Shown here one piece after another: positions 57,266 to 64,000 of a stretch of 64,000 nt of DNA. The notes under the pieces are model-generated. The model ran no database searches. It was not told the DNA's origin and saw only the letters and a program-made list of their open reading frames with translations. A program made the translations under genes and the position numbers. This DNA is from Paramoeba atlantica (Eukaryota; Protista; Discosea): the NCBI GenBank assembly GCA_977017575.1, contig CDRNVI010000058.1:135003-199002 (forward strand), given 5' to 3'. Numbering within the stretch: position 1 is the stretch's first letter; every line of letters starts with the position of its first letter.

Positions 57266-59079
57266 GTAGTTTGGATGAGTACTTCCATGTTCGTCGGAGG
57301 GCGGTGATAGTAGTTTGGATGAGTACTCATCGAAACTACTACAACCCCCAAGGAGGTAATGGTAGTTTGGATGAGTACTCATCGGAACTACCGCAATGTA
57401 GTTGTAGTAGTTTGGATGAGTACTTATCGAAACGAAATTTTAGTTTTCTGGAAAAAAGTACTCATCGAAACGACCTCTGTACATGGTAGTTTGGATGAGT
57501 ACTCATTGAAACGACCTCTTCACATGGTAGTTTGGATGAGTACTCATTGAAACGACCTCTGCACATGGTACTTTGGATGAATACTTTCTTCCGTGGCGCA
57601 TCCGTAGTCAGCAATCACGTAAATTGTTGCCAGGTTCTGACACAAAATACGGTGAAACTGAACCAAATTCCGCACTTTTTGATTGTATTATTTATGAATT
57701 TACACATATTATTGTAATAGAGTATTATAAATAACGTCAGTTTTTTGGTTAAAGACTTCACAACTAGCTTCACAACTTCGAACTTAACATCATCTACGGA
57801 AATTAAACTAAATTAATACTTTCCACATGAACTTTCGCCTTTTTGTCCTCTTCCTTCCTCTTAGCCTTCGCACTATTCTCCACAGTGACGTGAAGAACCG
57901 GTGGGCCTCTCTTCCGTTTATCATGAAGAATGACGGCTCCGAGCTGAAGAAGCTTTGTCGCCGCAACTTCTGGAACATCTTCTTCCCAACAGCTTGATTC
58001 GACGTACTCCTTGGCCTTTTCCACATAGGTCAAGCGTACCCGGAACTTCTCTTCATGCACGGACAGCTTCTCGATGGTTCTAGACTTTAGATCGGACCGA
58101 ATCGTCACACGCCTTCGATTCAAATCTCCGACAAAGCTATTCCAAATGTTTTTTAATACTGTTGCCATGTCACGTTCGTCTTTAGAACTCACAGACAATC
58201 GGAACTTTTTGGCGTAGTTAATGCCTGCCCGCAAAAACTTAGTTCCGTCATCAGCCCAGTCAATGCTGGCTTTGCACGCAATCAGGACATACGCCACATG
58301 CGAAAAAGTAAATCGCAACCCCAAAACAGTCTTCCGAAAGAATTGGCTGGCTGTGCGCTTTACTGATTCAACGTCCAGATCGGATGACAATAATTCCTGA
58401 AGGAGGGGAGGAGAAAAAGATTCAACGACTTGTGATTGCCCACAAGTCGCGCAAACATCAGAACCGTTGAATACCCCATACTGCAAGCATTGCACACATA
58501 CATCTCTGTGCTGCTCGGAATCGACACACCATTTGCAATAAACACAAAAAGATGATCGACCTTCGGTGGGAAGAGTGAACGGTGTCATTTTCTGACATTT
58601 TCCTTCGCACATCGGGCGATAGATTGATGCCTGGAATGACACAAGTGATGTGGTGCAAAGAAAAAAAAACTTGAATACCGAACTCTTTAGATGAATTTTA
58701 ACGAATATACATTTGTAACTAAACTTTGCAGAACGCACCGAAAAAAGATTTAAATTGGCTGATAAAACAAAAATATGGCTACTCATGCCAACTCATGCCA
58801 ACCAAGACTTGCACAGTCTCCACTGTCCCAGGGCTACGTTCACATTTTAGCCTTACAGAGTCAGACGTTGGTAATACATACCAATATAGTGAAAAGTACT
58901 CATCCAAAGTACCATGTGCAGAGGTCGTTTCAATGAGTACTCATCCAAACTACCATGTGCAGAGGTCGTTTCGGTGAGCACTCATCCAAACTAACATGTG
59001 CAGAGGTCGTTTCGATGAGTACTTTTTTCCAGAAAACTAAAATTTCGTTTCGATGAGTACTCATCCAAACTACTGCAAC
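57266..59079. mobile_element. Foldback-like element with ~180-bp inverted repeats built from 27-bp palindromic repeats
   Basis: 57401-57587 is the reverse complement of 58892-59079; unit gtagtttggatgagtactcatcgaaac. Confidence 0.8.
57803..58786 (-). CDS. Orphan protein with Cys-rich N-terminal region and basic C-terminus
   Basis: 327-aa open frame inside the foldback: CEGKC, CVYC, CVQC, CATC; KRKRGPP and KAKRKEEDKK are NLS-like. Confidence 0.55.
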   Translation of the reverse strand: MSSHIFVLSANLNLFSVRSAKFSYKCIFVKIHLKSSVFKFFFLCTTSLVSFQASIYRPMCEGKCQKMTPFTLPTEGRSSFCVYCKWCVDSEQHRDVCVQCLQYGVFNGSDVCATCGQSQVVESFSPPLLQELLSSDLDVESVKRTASQFFRKTVLGLRFTFSHVAYVLIACKASIDWADDGTKFLRAGINYAKKFRLSVSSKDERDMATVLKNIWNSFVGDLNRRRVTIRSDLKSRTIEKLSVHEEKFRVRLTYVEKAKEYVESSCWEEDVPEVAATKLLQLGAVILHDKRKRGPPVLHVTVENSAKAKRKEEDKKAKVHVESINLV

Positions 59080-60794
59080 GCCGCCTCACTTTTACGAGTG
59101 AGGTTCCCAGTGCGAGGCAAGTGGGTTTCGAAGTTGTTTCCGGACCCGGTGATCTGCACCTTGCTTAGTGATCTTCTTGCGCGAATGATTTGGAGGTCGT
59201 GGGAAAGTGGAAAAGGAGACAGGGGGTAGGGGAAAAAGTTAAGCGGAAAACGGGTAAAGGTAAAGTGGGTAAAGGGAAAGTGGGTAAAGGGAATGTGAGT
59301 AAAGGGAAAGTGGGTAAAGGGAAAGGGGGAAAGGGAAAGTGAATAAGTGGAAAGTCGTTAACGGGAAAGCGGGTACGTGGAAACGCGTTAAGGGGAAAAA
59401 GTGGGTAAGATACGGGAATGTTAAGAAATGAAGTAGGAAAGTCGTTGTAGTATAAAAGAAAAGTTAGAATTCGTAAAAAAAATAATGCGACAAAAAAAAA
59501 TTTAGGCTCCAAAATATGATATTGCTAATTTGATTGCTTGTTTTAAAATCGTATACCCCCCCGATGGACCTACAGGGTTCAAGTATTGGGTAAAAATATA
59601 GAGGCAATGCCGCGTTTCATACTTCTCCCCCCTTATTCATTGCAAAAAAAAAACAAAAAAAAAGTCCCTCTGCAGTATTTCCCTCTCGCGTCCCCCACCC
59701 CCGTGCCAGCAGCCCAAAGTATTATATACTTGCTCACGGGGTGGGGGCAGAGATCCTGGCGGATGGGCTCGTGCGTCGCTTCCTCTTGCCCCCGCGTCAG
59801 TCGCCCCGTGTCTTTTCTCTCCGCGCTCTTCCCCATCGGTGCGACGGCGTCTTCGCGTCTCATCACCTCCAAGTCTCCCACCCACGTACAGCAATCTAAT
59901 GTATCTAATACTGCTAACGGGGTGGGAGCAGAGGTTCTGGATCATACAGGCCTGGGTGCGTGCGGATTTGGAAGTGGGGTAGGGAGTAAGAGAGGGGAAG
60001 CAGGAAAAGGGGTAGGAAGTAAGGGAGGGGAGTAAGTGGAAGCAAGGGAAAGTTGGAAGTGTGGATATTGTGGAAAAGTAGGACAAGTACATAAAAAGCA
60101 CATTGATAATGCATACTAAGCGGCACATTGATAATGCATATAGCACATTGATAATGCATATAGCACATTTATATTGCATATAGCACATTGATAATGCATA
60201 TAGCACATTTATATTGCATATAGCACACTGATAGCTCATACGTGTTTTTACTTGACCTTCAGAATTTTATTTGACCTTCAGAATGTCAGTTTCCCAACGT
60301 AAAACTAAACGCCTAAACACCAAGGCCCGGGAAACTATCGCAGTGCTCTATAATCAACAAGGCTTCTCAGGGGTCGCTCGCGCGACCGCCGCTAAATAGG
60401 GGGGGAAGGTGGTAGTTGTGGGGTATGGAGGCCTCTCGCAACTCCGGGGCCTCACCGGGAGGAAAGGTGAATTTATTTAATTCCATTTTTTGGCAATGTT
60501 AAGAACCTAAAATTTCTAGTCAACCTCAAATTTCGCGAACACCAACCAAAAATGATCATATTTTTTAAGGGATCAATTTTTTTTTAATGGGTCAAAACTT
60601 TTTTAAGGGCTCGAAAAATATTTAAGGGCTCGATTTTTTTTTCAAGTTTTATGCCAGATAAAGGTGCGGATTTTATGCAATATAAAGGTGCAGCTTAATA
60701 TGCCATATAAAGGTGCATTATGCAATATAAAGGTGAATTATGCAATATAAAAGTGAATTATGCAACATAAAGGTGCAGCTTAGTATGCAATATA

Positions 60795-62518
60795 CAGTGG
60801 TTTCAGTTGATCTTGCCCCCCCCTCGGAATTTTGATTTTTTTTATCCATTTTTGCTCATCTTTGCAGCATTGGACAGATCTCGTTCCCCTAGCGAAGAGC
60901 TTTGCCGCTTTTTTTTCATAGAGACCCTCTGGTGCCCCCTGGGTCCGAAAAACACTGTTTTTTTTGACGTTTTCTGTGTACACAACCATTTTTTGTCACA
61001 TTTTCCCGATTTTTTGTACATTTTGAACATGTAAGTACGAGTAATAGTGTTCTAAATTGATAATTTGAAAGCTCTATGTCTAGTACCATCCCTATCGCCT
61101 AATTTAATATAGTCAACAACTCTACATTATGCAGACCAGACCCTCTAACCCCAAACAGGGGGAGTACGTACAGGGATGGAATGACAAAAGAGAAGACAAT
61201 CCCCCAATATCCCACAAAGGAACCGTGGCATTACCTCTTTGCGAGAGAAAAGAAATAATAAAGCAACACAAAAAGGGATTAAGCATACATAAATTATCTA
61301 ATAATTTCGGACGTGACCGTCGCACCATAAGAAGAATTGTTAACCTGTGGAAGGAAGGAGAAGATCTTACACCCCAAAAATCCCCAGGAAAAAAATCATC
61401 AAGGCGGTTTAAGGACCTTGTAAAAAAAATTGTGGATGATGAAAACGAAACGTACGATGGTTGCTTAACTTATACTTGGATACACGAGCAAGTGCTGAAT
61501 ATGGGGTATAAATGTTCGTTAAACAAAATAAGAACTATTTTGAAAAATATTGATTACGGTAGATGGGATAAGTCGCCGAACTGTGACCTATCTGAGGAAC
61601 ACAAGTCGCAGCGTTTGAGATTAGCAAACGAATTGCTTACATGGCCTAAAGAAGATTTAAACAAAATCATTTGGACCGATGAAAAGTTGTTTACCTGTGC
61701 GGTTCATGGGTCTCAGTTTTTCATTGGACCTAAAGGGTGCCAAAGAAAACCTCGCTGCAGAAACCGTAGGTGGTATGGGGGGAAGGGGGTAATGGCTTGG
61801 ATGGGTATTAGTGTAGAACACGGATTTTTCTTGCACGTGTTTGAACCCATTTATGAAAACGCGCACAAGGTCACTGGGGGAGTGATCCTTGACTCCTTTC
61901 AGAAGCCTAATGGGTTTTTACATTATCTCAAAGACCACGTTGACAATGTGACTGTGCAAATGGATAATGCTACCACCCATAACTTGGCAAAAGGTGAATT
62001 GATTAATTATCGTATTAAACAATTGTCTTGGCCAGCGAATTCGCCTGATTTAAATCCAATATAAAATGTTTGGAAACAAATGAACGGTATCATAAAGAAA
62101 AAAATTAAGCCCCACAAACATGCTACCCTCGCCGATGCTATTAAAAAAGCTTTTCAGATTCTAAAACGTCCTCAAGAAAAACGTAAAGTGTGCAACACAA
62201 TTGATCCAGTCCCTAATAGACTTCAAAAAGTGTTGCAAAACAATGGAGGCCATTCCGGATACTAGTTCTTTTCCTTTAGAGTTAACTTTTGGACATAAAA
62301 TCCGTTTTTCGTTTCATTTTTGATATGGTAAAAAATATCATTTTTTATTATTTTGGTCAACTTTCGGGTCACCCAAGGGGCACCAGGGGGTCTCTATGAA
62401 AAAAAGGCGGCAAAGCTCTTCGCTAGGGGAACGAGATCTGTCCAATGCTGCAAAGATGAGCAAATGGATAAAAAAAATCAAAATTCCGAGGGGGGGGCAA
62501 GATCAACTGAAACCACTG
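60795..62518 (+). mobile_element. Tc1-like transposon (DD32E), ~155-bp TIRs, TA TSD; transposase 61129-62265 with TAA at the catalytic Glu
   Basis: TA|cagtggtttcagttgatc...gatcaactgaaaccactg|TA; IIWTDEK, QMDNATTH, WPANSPDLNPI*NVW. Confidence 0.93.
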
Positions 62519-63301
62519 TAAGTGGCCACTTTTTATGCCAGATAAAGGTGCGAGTGGGCTTCGCAAATTGCTTCCCACTAACGACACACATTTTTGTCTT
62601 GGAAACGGGTAAACAAGGTCTAGGCTTTGCTAGGGGTTGGATGTGGTGTCTGGGTTCATTCGCCCGGCCGGTCCCTCCGTGCGTTCGGCCTCGCATATTC
62701 CCCAAAACAACTCCCCCCATTTATCAGGGGTGGCTCGCGCGACCCCCGCTAAATAGGGGGGGAAGGTGGTAGTTGTGGGGTATGGAGGCCTCTCGCAACT
62801 CCGGGGCCTCACCGGGAACAGGAATGAAATACTAGCGCTCTTTAACTTGTTTCTCCCCTCCACTTTTTTTCTTTTTAACTTATTTCCCCCCCTCCACTTT
62901 TGTTTCATGGGGTCGATTTTTTTTTCGAGGGGGGGTCACTTTTTTTTTGAGGGGCTCACCAAAAATATGCATTATAAGGGTGCGAGATTTATGCATTATA
63001 AGGGTGCGAGATTTATGCGTTATAAGGGTGCGAGTTTTATGCGTTATAAAGGTGCAAGTGGCTAGGCACAAAAACTTAAACGTAGAAACAACAACCTAAC
63101 AAGGATATATAAGAAATAGTAAAATATCCATGTAATTATAGAACACAAATCATAATTTGAAGAAATTATGTGCCCCGAAGGGCCAGCAGGCAAATACATA
63201 ACAGCCCCCCGGCTAAATTTCAAAACGTGGACTATTATTATCAGTGTGCGAGCGACTATGCCTTGCCAGTGCGTGTACTGCTTTATCAGTGTGCCGCTTG
63301 A

Positions 63302-63484
63302 GAGGCATTTTGAATGCAGAGCTGATCATGTTTTCATCGCGCCTTCATTGGCTCCACCAGTAGATCATCCAGTTGTCCCTATGGCTTGAGCACAATTAAA
63401 TCAACAGGCGTTGCAAGCAGCTAGTTCGCACGAGACGAACCAGAATATGTACTCAAAAACTGATTCTGTGTAGAGTACGTTCTT
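63302..63484 (-). ncRNA. U3 snoRNA (5' domain recognised; 3' end uncertain)
   Basis: Minus strand begins aagaacgtactctacacagaatcagtttttgagtaca, resembling trypanosomatid U3 boxes A'/A; cagaatc is complementary to GATTCTG at the kinetoplastid 18S 5' end; divergent from tRNA genes. Confidence 0.62.
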
Positions 63485-63689
63485 AAAGATTCCTGCGTGG
63501 CTATCGAAACAAGAAGATAAAACAGATCGCCGAGCCGCTAAAAGTATTTGGTACGCTGATGAGCTCAAAAAGATTCGGAAGACTAGCGTAGTTGTGCTCT
63601 ACTCTTTTTCGTAACGAGCACGCCCGCGCTCTGTTGGTTTCGGAAGAAAAGGGGACTTCACGATAATGCACCGTGAGCCTCGTCCGCGT

Positions 63690-63762
63690 GCCTCGATAGC
63701 TCAGTTGGGAGAGCGTTAGACTGAAGATCTAAAGGTCCCTGGTTCGATCCCGGGTCGAGGCA
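63690..63762 (+). tRNA. tRNA-Phe (GAA)
   Basis: gcctcga/tcgaggc acceptor stem, ttaga-ctGAAga-tctaa anticodon arm, ggttcgatcc T arm, TTTT terminator. Confidence 0.97.
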
Positions 63763-63835
63763 TTTTCCGTTCCATGTCACTTTGGGGTGATCGAAAAAGT
63801 AAAGTGTAGAACTTCAATGACCAGTTGTTGTGTTG

Positions 63836-63919
63836 CCGACCGTAGCTCAATTGGTAGAGCATGTGACTGTAGAACGCGCAGATATCACAGGGTCGCTGGT
63901 TCGATTCCGGCCGGTCGGA
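63836..63919 (+). tRNA. tRNA-Tyr (GTA) with 11-nt intron (63873-63883)
   Basis: ccgaccg/cggtcgg acceptor, tgtga-ctGTAg[aacgcgcagat]a-tcaca, T arm, T-run terminator. Confidence 0.95.
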
Positions 63920-63974
63920 TTTTTACCAGTGTGATTTCGGCCGATGCACAAGGGGATTCTTTTAGGCGCACTGG

Positions 63975-64000
63975 GCGCCTGTAGTCTAGTTGGTTATGAC
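63975..64000 (+). tRNA. tRNA 5' half truncated by window edge (probably Val)
   Basis: gcgcctg-ta-gtctagttggttatgac D arm typical of tRNA-Val; anticodon outside window. Confidence 0.6.

Larger units (their letters stand above)
55327..63060 (+). repeat. Head-to-tail array of units bounded by a GC palindrome with inward-facing subterminal tandem repeats
   Basis: An ~80-bp arm gcgcgacccccgctaaatagggggggaaggtggtagttgtgggg... occurs at 55327, 60380 and 62737 (partial at 56813). The inverted arm abuts it at 56775-56812 and 62707-62736. Confidence 0.8.

Noticed and set aside
57266-57590. CRISPR array
   Set aside because: Spacers are short (14-25 nt), uneven and partly identical, the array is mirrored as an inverted repeat, no cas-like ORF is present and the context is eukaryotic. 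Kept only as a foldback finding.
59200-59460. Telomeric repeat tract
   Set aside because: G-rich gtgggtaaagggaaa units, not (TTAGGG)n.
10770-63300. Fanzor/TnpB, tyrosine recombinase, Helitron or viral genes
   Set aside because: No RuvC, RHRY, Rep/helicase or capsid motifs recognised in any listed ORF.
63549-63592. Hammerhead ribozyme or C/D RNA (tacgctgatgag...agcgta)
   Set aside because: CTGATGA is present but there is no stem II/GAAA core and no D box at a suitable distance.

Overview
Eukaryotic nuclear DNA, most likely from a kinetoplastid (Perkinsela/bodonid-like). The evidence is intronless genes all on one strand, a bi-subunit topoisomerase IB small subunit, a kinetoplastid-type V-ATPase c, a spliced-leader-like 32-mer, a U3 5' end matching kinetoplastid 18S, and a tRNA-Tyr with an 11-nt intron. 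Bases 1-32.1 kb hold 12 minus-strand host genes plus one doubtful ORF in one polycistronic-style cluster, interrupted by a 10-kb transposon island (10.7-20.8 kb). Bases 32.3-63.3 kb are almost free of host protein genes. They contain three tandem U18-like C/D snoRNAs and a dense nest of Merlin, Tc1 (DD32E), pogo, hAT- and Harbinger-like elements, MITEs and CRE-type retrotransposons. The window ends in a U3/tRNA cluster. The main novelty candidates are: (1) a diversified family of bacterial-type IS30 elements, one intact with TIRs and a 2-bp TSD; (2) a chimera of spliced leader + ataxin-2/PBP1 LsmAD fragment + CRE retrotransposon; (3) a head-to-tail array of units bounded by a GC palindrome, each with different cargo; (4) a foldback element with CRISPR-like repeats around an orphan ORF; (5) TGA codons at Trp positions in CRE copies. 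All family assignments come from motif recognition by eye with no database search, and hand-counted coordinates may be off by 1-2 nt.
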